A stretch of DNA of 57,151 nt from contig NC_068987.1 in assembly GCF_001194135.2 (NCBI RefSeq), forward strand, positions 92,348,144 to 92,405,294. The letters are read 5' to 3'. The notes under the pieces are model-generated. The model was not told where the DNA came from and did no database searches. It saw only the letters and a program-made list of their open reading frames with translations. Positions 24,349 through 36,808 of the stretch are shown piece by piece. Positions within the stretch are counted from its first letter, which is position 1, and every line of letters begins with the position of its first letter. The position numbers were made by a program, and so were the translations under genes. The DNA comes from Octopus bimaculoides. Its lineage: Eukaryota.

Positions 24349-25399
24349 CTGTAAAGAAAAACAGAAAAAGAGGGACAAAAAAAAAAAAAAAAAAAAAAAA
24401 CTCTTGAACAGATTTGATCAAAAATCTTCTCCCTCGCATCCACATAGTTGTTACAGAACTATTGCATTAACGAGTCAATTATTAGACATAAAAGAGAAGG
24501 GTACGTTAAAGTGAACTTAGTATTTTAAAACGGAATGCAAACAGAGGGAAGTACATGAAGCCATGTCTGGTAAACCTTATTTGAGTCAATTCGGTGTAAT
24601 CTATAGAACAACAAATCCAAAAACAGGAACAACATAAATATATACTGCTTCAATAACAGAAATTCCTATGCCAATAATGAAGCCGCTACGTTGCTTATTC
24701 ACATGTTAGAAATGAGCTGTATTTATTTCTTAAATCATATCCTGATTTAATGTGTTGTTAAAGAAAGAGAAGAAGCGAGTTTTGATAATTTTGTTTTAAA
24801 ATATGTTTAAAAAGACGATAATGTCCATTGTCAAAAAGCCTTCCATTGTAGGACTAATCGGTTGTTAGCTGCTCTGGTGGTAAATATTAGCACCAGAGAA
24901 GACATTTATTGACCCACATTACACGAAGAGCCGACTTTTAACAGAAATAGTTAATGAAGTACCAACAGTTTCACATCATCCATTAATCTGTTCGTTTAAT
25001 ATATTACTTGACCACAGATAAAATAGACTACAAAACACAGAAAAGACAAGCCCTGTATCTATGATCTTGCACACGTAGCATGAAATAATGTGATGTTAGG
25101 TTGCAATTTCGGGCTAGATTAGCATTTCACATAGACACATATAACAATGTAGTCAAATACTGCTTCATACAAGTAAACCTACCAAAAAACAAAAAACAAG
25201 AAAGAAAAACTAAAATGGCAAAATTATTCCAGTGGAGCCAGATGATATTTACGTATCGTAGTGAAATTACAATCAACCTTGCTTTAGAAATAATCTCAGA
25301 TAGAATGAATTTCTGAGTTCCTATGTTTCTTCTTCGGATAAAATAAGTATATACCATATATAAAAAGTGAAGCAGCTAAATGTTACAGCATTCAAAAAT

Positions 25400-25670
25400 A
25401 GGTTCTATTTTTGAGGAGGTATTTATGGTATTTGATGAAAAAAAGTTATATATTTGACAAGAAATATATGTTCTATTTTTGACAAGAAATATAGATTATA
25501 TATTTGATAAAAATAAGATATTGTGTATTTGACAAGGAAGATATTGTATAATTGATAAGACAGATATATATTTGACAAGAAAAAATATTATTTAATCGAT
25601 AAGAAAGATATATATTTAGGAAGTCATGCGTCGTATATTTGATGAAAAAGTTCTTGTATATTTGATATCT
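25400..25670. repeat. Degenerate ~20-25-bp minisatellite, about 11-12 units
   Basis: Recurrent tatttga(c/t)aagaaa core at 25431, 25453, 25478, 25503, 25528, 25551, 25571, 25638 and 25661. Confidence 0.75.
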
Positions 25671-25973
25671 GTGACATTTGTCTAGTAAAACATTGTATAT
25701 ATACGTACATGCATGCATACGTATATATATATATATATATATATATACTTACACACACACAGAATATATATATAAATACATNNNNNNNNNNNNNNNNNNN
25801 NNNNNNNNNNNNNNNNNNNNNNNNNNNNNNNNNNNNNNNNNNNNNNNNNNNNNNNNNNNNNNNNNNNNNNNNNNNNNNNNNNNNNNNNNNNNNNNNNNNN
25901 NNNNNNNNNNNNNNNNNNNNNNNNNNNNNNNNNNNNNNNNNNNNNNNNNNNNNNNNNNNNNNNNNNNNNNNNN

Positions 25974-26018
<45 letters not shown>

Positions 26019-26070
26019 CACACATGTAAGGAAGATGCTGCTGCATATACGTTAAGCAGGATATCATATA

Positions 26071-26709
26071 CAGTACTGTGGAAGAGTTTTCAGCCACTTT
26101 AAACTATTGTAAATTTCTACTAATTGTCAACTTAAAAGTCGATGTTTCGCATTGCAAATTTTACAGATGAATCATTGGCCCTGTTGGAGTAATATCTATA
26201 CCTAAGCAGTAGTGGGAGTTTTGAATGAGAGGGGAAGATGCGAGGCGACCACCAAAAATGGCAATGCAAACGTTTTCAGCCACCTCACATACACCAATCA
26301 ATATACATTGTTTTAAAACAGAAAAATGTATATAACGAAAATTGATTTCATAATGTTCATTTCATGAAGTTACTGTACATTGTTAATATTTTGTGTGGCC
26401 CCCATTAACTTGAATAATTACTTCAGTGTGTCTGGGATGCATAAAAATCCTTCATCATCTTCACAGGTATGAAATACTATTCTCTCTGGCTGAGGTCCCA
26501 CAACTCTTCAAGATTGCGTGGATTCTTCTGACGAACTCTTCTCTTTAGTTCAGTCCACTTTTGGTTGATGATATTTAAGTCAGTGTTCTGAGTTTGCCAA
26601 TCTTTCAATACGATAACACCTGTAAAAACGCAAAACGTCCACTTATAAGCTGGCAATTAGTAGCTATTTACAATAGTTTAAAGTGGCTGAAGAATTTTGC
26701 ACGTTACTG
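26071..26709 (-). mobile_element. Internally deleted Tc1-family DNA transposon, 639 bp
   Basis: 69-bp TIRs (26071-26139 vs 26641-26709, 11 mismatches) starting CAGTA; TA at 26069-70 and 26710-11. Confidence 0.93.
26383..26623 (-). pseudogene. C-terminal Tc1 transposase remnant
   Basis: DWQTQNTDLNIINQKWTELKRRVRQKNPRNLEELW...VNGGHTKY* matches the Tc1 WPxxSPDLNPIE..W..LKR..V / GG.TKY* pattern. Confidence 0.9.
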
Positions 26710-27253
26710 TATTTCTATATCATGTCATTATTATATATATTATGTATGTTATACATTGTATATTTTGTAGGCGCAATACTGTGAATTATAACTCTCTAAG
26801 TATTAGGAGGTACGAAGTATCCATTTTCAAACGGAACCTAGAGGTGAACATAACAGTGGACACGCTACCGCTTAAAGCTATTATCCAGAATTACCTCATA
26901 TAGAACGCAAATAACTTTAAGGAATAAACAATAGAACGTACATGACATGTATTTGAATATGTAGCATATACTCGGTATGTTGAGGATTGGTTCGAGTAGT
27001 TTGATGTTAAGCTACTGCTTTATAATAAACTCAAAATATATGAACTGACGAACACTGACAATCCCAATTTAGAAAATGGCGCTAAACACTCAAAATGATA
27101 TGTGTTAAAGAGATTGTGTATACCGATGGTATATTGATAATTTACTTGTAAAGCTTGAAACGCATACAGCCATCCTTAAATCTACACAAACACTTATATA
27201 TGAATATATAAACACACACACACATACACACACACCCACACACACAAACGCAT

Positions 27254-27296
<43 letters not shown>

Positions 27297-28008
27297 AATN
27301 NNNNNNNNNNNNNNNNNNNNNNNNNNNNNNNNNNNNNNNNNNNNNNNNNNNNNNNNNNNNNNNNNNTATATATATATATATATATCAGCGTCTGTACGTT
27401 TTCTCTTCGTTTATATAAATTTCTTCTCTTGGTTTACTCTCTTTGTATTTGTTTGGTTTTAAGAGTTGGAAACTGCGTATAGCGGAAGATATTTTGAATT
27501 ACATCTAAGATTAATGTTTCTATAAAGTCAGTGGTAAGAAGATAAATTTGTCTGTGAAATAAATGTCCAGAGAATGGTATGGCCATGATGGAAGATCGCT
27601 GAGTGTATATGTGGTTCAACCATAAAGTGAAACTCACATCGAGACCATTCACTGAATAAACAAATCGTGAGTTTTATCGTACGTTATTAATAAAAAAAAA
27701 GTATTCCTGTCTCTATTAATGTTATATTTAAATATATCTTTTACATTATATTTCCAAAGACATTGTATTCATTGTTACTCCATTGTTTACCGCTATAGTG
27801 TGGAATAAACTCCATGAACTTTTACTAAAGAAAACATACCCCAAGGAATATCGAAGTCTGGGATACATTTCATCAAATGTTGAGGAGTGTTTCGACGTAA
27901 AGGAGAGCATCTCGACACAAAATATTATGCAGTATGTTGAACAATGCCACTACTGTATGTTTGTATATGTATGTGTCTGTGTATGTGCATGTATACATAT
28001 GGATATAA

Positions 28009-28050
<42 letters not shown>

Positions 28051-29446
28051 ATACACACGCATAAGGAGCGATGCGTAAATCGTGGCCATTTTATATTTTC
28101 AGTTTCACGCATGCCCATTGTTTATTTTTGATTTTGCTGACTACACAGTATAGTACGATCAGTTGGGTACCGTCTCTGAGAAAACAGCACCATGACACAA
28201 TTGACTTTGCCAGAAATTTGGAAATGACATGCTGTACTGCTTGGCGTTCGCGTCGGAATCTCCAATACGAACATTTCAGAGTATTGGGATGTCAATCTGA
28301 GAACAGATTTAATTAATTTAAATTCGTCAAAATACATACATATTTTACCTGACACCATTAGACATTCTAAAATACTGCTAAATCGTTTACAATTTAAAAG
28401 TATAGAAGTCCGAACATTACTCAGGGGATGACCTGATATTAGAAGTAGGTTGCAATTTCTTGTTGCACGGTTTATATTGCAGTGTGTTCCGTTTTGTAGG
28501 ATTGTCTTCACCACCATCGGTGAATAGCATCTTGAATATATTGCAAGGCCATTCACTTTCATGAATTCCTTCGCGCTTTCACGATCCTTGTTTTACATCC
28601 AACATCACTCACCCTCCCCACCAAGCAAGATTGGAGGGGTGGCTGGTTTGGTCGCCGACACTCCAACAATACAACAGTTTGTACTGGGTTACATGTTACC
28701 CGCAGCGAACAAGAGCATCTTGAAAAGTATACACACACACACATATGAGCGTTAAAACTGATAGATATGTAGACAGCTAAACGAAAGATAAGGGCATCTA
28801 TTAATCAGATGATGGCAATTCAGAAACGAATCACGTCGCAAGTGTTAGTTAATCAGAATACCTCTAAAAACTCAGGTTAACAAAAATATATAGATTATAA
28901 CGGTTCAGACTCATACTAAACGATTCAGAAAATCGAAAAGTAACGAACAATTTATTGGTACGGTTAACGTGGTTTAATTATAGCAAAAAAATAGGGAACA
29001 AAAAAGTAACAAATTTATTATTAACATATTGCGCCATACAATTTGGCATGCTACCGTTATTCCAGTGAAACGTATCGCCTTATAAATCTATGCTGGAATA
29101 TTTTCTAAGGATGCAGCAAATTGACGTGAACAACTTATTCAATAATCTTATATGTTCTTGTATGTTGTTGGACACAAATTGAAAGAAATAATGTGTCAAT
29201 AAATTTGCTACTGAGACGCATAGTTTAATGTCTTTCCTGCCCCTTCGTTTCAACGCAAAATAACTCATGTGGATGCATACACAAACATATTTATATTTAT
29301 TTATTTTTGTATATTAAATATTTTGTGCTTTGTATATAAATATTTCAATCAGTATTTCAAAGAGTTTATGAATTTTCTTGATTGATGTTTTAGTGATTCT
29401 TAGCGTCTTTTCTTGCTAATAATATTGGAAAGTATGTAGTCTCTGT

Positions 29447-29518
29447 GTCTATTATAAATAGTTATTTAATCATCTATTATAGATAATTGCGTCTATTATA
29501 AATAGTTATTTAATCATC
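29447..29518. repeat. Perfect 28-bp direct repeat, 44-bp period
   Basis: gtctattataaatagttatttaatcatc at 29447-29474 and 29491-29518. Confidence 0.9.
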
Positions 29519-29996
29519 AATATGTAATGCGTAAACATATGCAATTATTGCCTTTCACGAATAAAAATCGACAGACGATATACATATTTTCCCGAAATTG
29601 AAAGCATTCTGATAGTGTTTGTCTGCTTAAAACAGATGAAGAACATACGCAAGGTTGTTCTCATAAACATGGAGTATTAGGAAAGGAGTGGTAATTATAT
29701 TAAAATAGGATCAGCGGATTTTGTCAGTATCACTACTAATTAGAAGCATGATTTTCAAAGCAAATTCTCGGCACTGTCGATGGTGCAATCATAAACCTTA
29801 ATAACACTGTTGCTTAACAGTGTTACCAAGGGTATATTCACTGACCCATGCACATGTATCCATATATGCATACGTGTGTGTGTGTGTGTGTGTGCATACT
29901 TTGAAAGCATATATATATATATATTTACATGAATATAAGGATGTATGGTTATATGCAGATCATTTGTCTTCTATAATTATATATTTTATTGTACCA

Positions 29997-30198
29997 GTCA
30001 TTTGATTGTGGCCTTGATGGCGCACTACGTCGAAGGATTTTAGTCGAACGAAACGACCCCTGTACTCATTTGTCCTTAAATCCTAGTTATATATCGTTTG
30101 CTTTTACCGAACCGCTAAGTCACGTCGACGTAAATACGCGAACATAGGCACAAAGACACATACACACACACCAACATACATACATATATATATATATA
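29997..30198 (-). mobile_element. 3' half of a third SINE family (C) with an internal microsatellite, running into an N-gap
   Basis: Reverse complement tttacgtc..gtgacttagcggttcgg...ggggtcgtttcgttcgactaa...tcaaatgactg matches an octopus SINE tail as I recall it. A related fragment lies at ~37030-37125. Confidence 0.65.
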
Positions 30199-30540
30199 NN
30201 NNNNNNNNNNNNNNNNNNNNNNNNNNNNNNNNNNNNNNNNNNNNNNNNNNNNNNNNNNNNNNNNNNNNNNNNNNNNNNNNNNNNNNNNNNNNNNNNNNNN
30301 NNNNNNNNNNNNNNNNNNNNNNNNNNNNNNNNNNNNNNNNNNNNNNNNNNNNNNNNNNNNNNNNNNNNNNNNNNNNNNNNNNNNNNNNNNNNNNNNNNNN
30401 NNNNNNNNNNNNNNNNNNNNNNNNNNNNNNNNNNNNNNNNNNNNNNNNNNNNNNNNNNNNNNNNNNNNNNNNNNNNNNNNNNNNNNNNNNNNNNNNNNNN
30501 NNNNNNNNNNNNNNNNNNNNNNNNNNNNNNNNNNNNNNNN

Positions 30541-30573
<33 letters not shown>

Positions 30574-32137
30574 TAGCTATAAATATCTGTTTATGCATGC
30601 ATGCTTCTTAACAGCGAATTCTTTCTGTTTAAATAATTTGTAAATGTGTCTTTCAGTGATTTTTGAAATATTTAAAAATCATTCTCTTTATGTCTTCGAG
30701 TTGTTAATATTATTTATTTATTTATGATAAAATTTTTGTAAATTATTCCTGCTGAGTTGTAGAAATAATTCCGTTTTTTTTTCTTATTCAAATCAAACAT
30801 CACTTTTGACGAAAACTCCATCCATCTAGTTTTAGATTAAGCATTCCGTTTTTTTATTTGTTCCATACTTTTATGCCTCCTGGTTTTAATCAAACTTGAA
30901 CATTTTTTTTCTTGTCCTTGCACGACAGTCACATATCACGTGAGAGTAGTTTTACTTTGCTGCATTCATCAATAAAAGAAAATTAGATGCCTTATTAGTT
31001 ACACAATAATGTCTGTGTAAGTTGCAGTATAGATAGCAGTGTGTTAACAAAGTTATGTTTGTGAAAATATTTGCCAAGAGCGACGCGTGTGTGTTTGCAT
31101 CTACAGACTCTGTGCATCTGTGTCTATAGCTAGAATCTGTGAAATGCTGGTTTCCTTTGTTTCTATTTCAATTATATTATGTTTACTGGCTTCTTTCTCA
31201 ATTTAATTAAACATGGCGAAATCTCATTAAACTTTGTTATCTTAATGTAAATTATCAACACGGATAATATGCTTAAGTTTGGTTATTCTGTTTGTTTGTT
31301 TTCTAATTAATTAAATAAATCATTGTGAGTGGCTAAATGCTGTCAAGTAACAGAAAGAAAGAAATAATGGCTTCTTTGCATTATATCCGTAAATAAATTT
31401 GGTCAAAATGGCCGAAATATACGTAAACACATTCATAGAAAATAATTTAATGTTTCAAATGACATTTACACAAAGGTTGTTTTCTCCATTATATCCCTTG
31501 ATACGTCATTGAAAGTTTTTCTATTTTGAATTTTCCATTAAGGCAGCTAACTGTACGTTACCTATCTTCATCATTATCTATATTGTATTGATTTTCACAC
31601 CACAAATACGAATCAAAAATAATAGTAATTTCGCAGCAGACAAACATTTCCGAGACGACATTGTCTATATTTGAGTTTTCTTTTTTTGGATTCATTACGC
31701 TGCCAGAAGTTACATCTTTATAAGCTATGTTCAGAAATAGTTTAGGGATTAAGAAGAATAAATATTTTGCGGTCCAAAATAGTACTGTAGTCTTGTTTAT
31801 TTACTGAGCGTTGACGATGTTCAGACTGTAAAGGGAGTCAGAGATTAATAGAAGCTGAAGCAAATATTTGAAACTTTCTGTTCAAAACAACATTTGGCTC
31901 ATAATTTGTTCAGGTTGAAAGGTTAGAATAAATGAGCAAGTAGGATATATTTATAAAGAAAAGGATTAACTGAGAATTTAATTGTTGTAGATTAATGTAC
32001 AAGTTTATTTATGTGAAAGAAAAATACGGGCAGAAATTTCATTCACTCAATCGGTTGCGTGTTACTTAATAAAAAGGTTTGTTATAAAACAGTCAGATAT
32101 TGGGTGAGGATCCACAATATAGATGCATGTGAATGTA

Positions 32138-32940
32138 CGACGGGGTACACAAATGTAACAGGAAATGTTCTCTCTGGTTCTGGCTTCCGCTGCTAGAAGC
32201 CGCTTGATGCGGTCCTCGGGCATCAGCCTGCCGACCGGCGTTGTCCATTTGGGGGCGTACTGCCATGTGGTGCGTCTTTGTTTTGCAGTGCTTCTCCCTT
32301 ATTTCTCGATTTTTGCGATAACTGAAACAAAAGAACAGCATCCTTCTGTGAAATTCTATTTTCTGCTGGGAAAAACAGCGACCGAAACAGCTGTCATGCT
32401 TCAAACAGCTAACAAAGCCGCTGCCATGAACAATACACAAGTTTATGAGTGATTTTCCCTCTTTAGGAATGGTCACTTGTCGTTTGAGGACCAACTTCGT
32501 TCAGAGAAACCGCCAACCTCCTGAACGAATGAAAATTCATGAAATTATCTTGAAGACTTGACCAACTTGTTGATATGATTGGTGTGTAATGGATCTCGTA
32601 CCAACACATTTTGGGCGAGTAATTGCGAATGAAAAGTGCTGCAGCAAAATGTGTGTCTCACTTGCTCACTAAGAACTAAAGGAGTCACAATTGAATGTGT
32701 GTTATTACTGGTGACAAATGCTGGTACTACGGAATTTGCAAATGTGAAAAAGGTGAAGAAAAATACATTGGAAGAATTAGAAGGCATCACTTCGCAAGAG
32801 TGCCAGCACAACTTCCAAGAATGGAAAACTTGTCTGGCCCGATGCATTTCTTCAGACGGAGAAAAGTTTGAAGGCAGTAAAAGAGTAAATATGTAAAACT
32901 TAGGTTTATTTGACAGGTACAAATGCGTACGCTTATTTAC
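32138..32940 (+). mobile_element. Decayed mariner element with the catalytic core deleted
   Basis: TA followed by CGACGGGGTACACAAA left end. N-terminal HTH (KEQHPSVKFYFLLGKTATETAVMLQTA..TQVYE*), VITGDKCWYYG, then an abrupt join to the C-terminus (FANVKKVK..FQEWKTCLARCISSDGEKFEG). Right TIR not clear. Confidence 0.88.
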
Positions 32941-33144
32941 AATTGAAGTTGTAATAAGAAGGGGCATCAAATAGGATATTTTTTGTGAAAGACAATATTT
33001 ACTCCACTTTCATTATCCCCTAAATGCTTCTCCAGACACATGCACACGTAAATAGTTATATATATATATATGTATATGTGTGTGTGTGTGTGTGTATCTA
33101 TACCTCCGACCATCCACCTCTCTGTCCATGCACACATACACATG

Positions 33145-34380
33145 CAGGGTGTCCCAAAATTAAGGCAACTAAATTCTTTCAGTTTTGTCAAGGCAAAATA
33201 TTGTTATATACCAAGTCCGCGAATTGCAATGCGATGGTAAAGGAAGCACAATAATGACACTACCATATTTATTCGATATGGCCACCTCTGTTACGAAGTC
33301 AAGATGTGAACGCTTCACACCTGACACGCAGCTGTTCTTGCAGAATCGAAACCCATTCCTGGCGCAGTTTAGCCTTCAGAGCATCGAGCAAAGCATGAAG
33401 AGATAGCACAAGAACTCGTCTCCAAAAGGGACCAAATAGAATAATTCAAAGGGTTGAGATCGGGGTTTCATAAAGGCCATACGTCCTTGCCTATGAACGA
33501 CATAATGTTTTTCCCTAATCCAATGTTGTATCTGATTAGAGCTCTGGGATGGTGTCGAGTCCTGTTGTAGGCTCTAAAATACGCCTTGAATGTCACTAAT
33601 GTATCGCTGGGTGTTAATTTTAACTCCCGAAGGCACTAAAACGAAGGGAACGTTTCCAGTAGTTCTCACAGCCACCGAAACCACAACTGTCTGGATTTTG
33701 ACGTCGATTTACGAGTCTTCTCTCGAAGGAGCCAGATTACACTCCCAAATCGCTCATTCTGGTGGTTTACTGTCTGTTCGATGTCAAATTTCTTTTCAGC
33801 AGTTTACATCAGGTTGGGTAGCGTAACTTCAGCAATCTGACGCCGGGTAAGGTAAATTCTCTCCAGTCTCATGACCATATAAACTTTCATGAACTGATGG
33901 GAGTGGATCATCCTGTAGGGGTGGATCTTGAGATTCCCCTTCAGCACTCGATACGTCGATTTCCGGATTACTTTTGCTGTGGCAGCCAGTTTTCTGACGG
34001 ACGGGCGAGAATTTCGCCGTATCATTTCTCTGATACATTTGATAAGCTGAGTTGTCCGCACACTTCTTTTTTAGCCGCGTCCAGGTCGATCAGCGGTAGA
34101 ACCCGGTCTCTTTCGAACATTTTGTCAATTTTCCAGTCTGTTATTCGGTAAATTTAAAACTGTTTTTGCTATAGCTGTACTACTTTCGACTTCTTGGAGA
34201 GTCATGATTATATTTCGGTCTAGAGCCATTATCTAATTTACAAATCTGAATTTATTTAGTCTGAAACCAAATGAAGAAACAATAAGTTTTTATAATGATG
34301 TACAATTTTCATATCTTATCACATTTATTGATAGTTATTAAAGACTGAAACTTCGATTGCCTCAATTTCACACGCGCGTG
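33145..34380 (-). mobile_element. Near full-length DD37D (maT-type) Tc1/mariner element, dead
   Basis: End sequence CAGGGTGTCCCAAAATTAAGGCAA; decayed counterpart ttgcctcaattt at ~34357-34368; transposase motifs in order. Confidence 0.88.
33269..34229 (-). pseudogene. Disrupted DD37D transposase
   Basis: PNLM*TAEKKFDIEQ (D1 site reads A), QQDSTPS (D2), WPL*NPDLNPLNYSIW (D3 site reads N), 37 residues between D2 and D3 after one frameshift repair, RGGHIE* end. Confidence 0.87.
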
Positions 34381-35543
34381 TGTATGTGTGTGTTTGGAAA
34401 GAATCTCCTTTCGCATTTCAAGATGGGAAGCAAACAAAAGATCCTTTGGTTTAATTGATATATTTAATGAAGATATTTTCACTCATAATTGATAACATAA
34501 TCCTATATATTTAGATAATTGATGATTCCATAGGCGTAAAGCTCCTCAGGTTTCGAAGCAAATAATCACTTAATATCATTCTTAACCTATTCGCAATAAA
34601 TAAACTCTTCTCCCTCCAAATGATAGAGCAAACAATCTGAAAAGATGATTGTTAGATGGAGCTGTCAGGAGAGCAAAAGAATGAAGTACATCTTCCATAT
34701 TTACTGCCGTAAACTATTCCTGTCGTGTAAAAGCAATATCTATTTCTGATTGGACAGTTTTGGACGCATTTTTGGCAAACGTTTATGAAATGTTTCTAAC
34801 TGATTACAGTACAACTCCGCGTTAATTGCTTTGTTTAGTTTCGTCTGATATTATACGATAGATTACATCATTCATGTACAAAAAGAATAATTTTTCGGGT
34901 GTAGTCCTGGTTTAGGGATGGATTCTCTCTTTTCATTAGTTGCTAATCATTGTCGTTTCCGCTAAATATGATTATTCCGAATTTACATATCAACCGAGGA
35001 AATGCTTGGTAGCAAGTCAATCCTTCAATGATGAGCAGGGAGATACTCATTGATTTAAGTTGAAAAACAGTGTGATGATGACAGACAGAGTGACCCGGTT
35101 TAGAAGAATTTTCGTACTTATTTAAATTTGTTATGATCAAATTGCGGGTTGAATTGAACTGTGTTTCTAAGTCTCATGAAATTTGATTGGATTTTCCTCA
35201 GCTACAAATTTACAGAATCTGGATGTTGAAATCGAGCGAAATATGCGAGAGAAAAATTTCCCAAGTTAAACTGGTTAAACCACCAATGGCATGCAAGGAC
35301 ACTTAATGCTTCATTTCTACCGGCAGAATGTTGCGAGACCCTTTTTTAGTTTCTACTGCATGCAGTGTTTGATATGGTTCTCATCTAAGGTCATTTTAAT
35401 AGGTAAAGAGCGATACGATGTTAACCACTATGATACAAAGATAAAAAAAAGCTTACAAAGATAAAAGAAAAAAAAGAAAATAAGATTAGTAAATGAAAAT
35501 ATATTTACGGTGTGTAAAATATATATACAAATGTTTGCAACCG

Positions 35544-35899
35544 TGGCACTCCGTCGGTTACGACGACGAAGGATTCCAGGTGATTCGATCAACGGAACAG
35601 CCTGCTCGTGAAATTAACGTACAAGGGGCTGAGCACTCGACAGACATGTGCACCCTTAACGTAGTTCTTGGGGAGATTCAGCGTGACAAGACTGGCTCTT
35701 TGAAATACAGGTACAGCAGAAACAGGAAGAAAGAGTGAGAGAAAGCTGTGGTGAAAGAATACGGTAGGGTTTGCCACCACCCCACTGCCGGAGCCTTGAG
35801 GAGATTTCGGTGTTTTCGCTCAATAAACACTCACAGCGGCCGGTCTGGGAATCGAAACCGTGATCCTATGACAGCGAGTCATAGGGCCATTGTACCTCC
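35544..35899 (-). mobile_element. Near full-length tRNA-derived SINE family A
   Basis: Matches 21091-21375; B-box-like GGTTTCGATTCCC; head starts ggaggtacaatggccc. Confidence 0.9.
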
Positions 35900-36355
35900 A
35901 CTGATGTAAGTGATAGCTAGATAATCTGGAGATTTGTAGGTAAACAGATAGAAAGGAAACAGCAACGGAGAAAGTGGAAAATAATGAAAGAATGTTTTGG
36001 TGTTGTGGGGAGGAGAATGTTAATGAAAAAAAAAACAGGAAAGAAAGAAGATGAAACAGATTTTGAGCATAATCATGGTGAGGAATACACCATTTGAAGC
36101 AACGGACTGAATGTGATACAAATATTGAACATCATCCCGGCGACTAATTTAGCAAAATTGTTAATATACCCGTTCGGTTTACAAACTTTAAAATCATACA
36201 CACTCGTATATATGTATGTATAGACATATATTTATACAGAGGCACACTGAGACACACAGAGAGGCACAAGAATGATGGGGAAATTGAAAGAGAAACTCAC
36301 AAAGGTACGGATTTCTGTAAACTATTTGATAATTAATCTATCAGATCTGTTATAG

Positions 36356-36510
36356 GAGATCAATGAGATGAAATATAGCGATTCGATCAACCATTTTTCG
36401 GATCCCTGATAAAATTGAATCGCGATAAAACATGATAAAACAATGTCAGGGTTATTATTTATCGTTCCTTTAATCTATTATTCAAACGATTCAAACATCT
36501 CATCAATAAT
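36356..36510 (+). repeat. Unclassified diverged repeat, copy 1 of 2
   Basis: Shares gagatcaat.agatga.a.atagc.attcgatcaaccatttt, acaatgtcag and tttaatctattattca with 38306-38460. Confidence 0.8.
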
Positions 36511-36771
36511 AACGACCAACTAGAAATGTGTATATACGTATGTCGTGTCTGTGCTTGACTATGTATCTACGTATATATTTATAAACATATGTAGATAGGT
36601 ATATTCATATATATATAATTGTACGTATATATATGTGTATGAGTTTATGCCTATGTATATTCGTATATTAGCATACGTATATTTTTGTACATAAAAACAT
36701 AAAAAACATAAACACAGACATATATATATACATTTACATGTATATATGTATAAATAGATACACACACACAT

Positions 36772-36808
<37 letters not shown>

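Noticed and set aside
23912-24445. 177-aa minus-strand ORF as a single CDS
   Set aside because: Runs through a poly-T tract and a well-formed intron; no recognisable domain.
27464-27533. 70-nt plus-strand segment with good acceptor and GTAAGA donor
   Set aside because: Stops in all three frames, so not coding; a UTR exon cannot be excluded.
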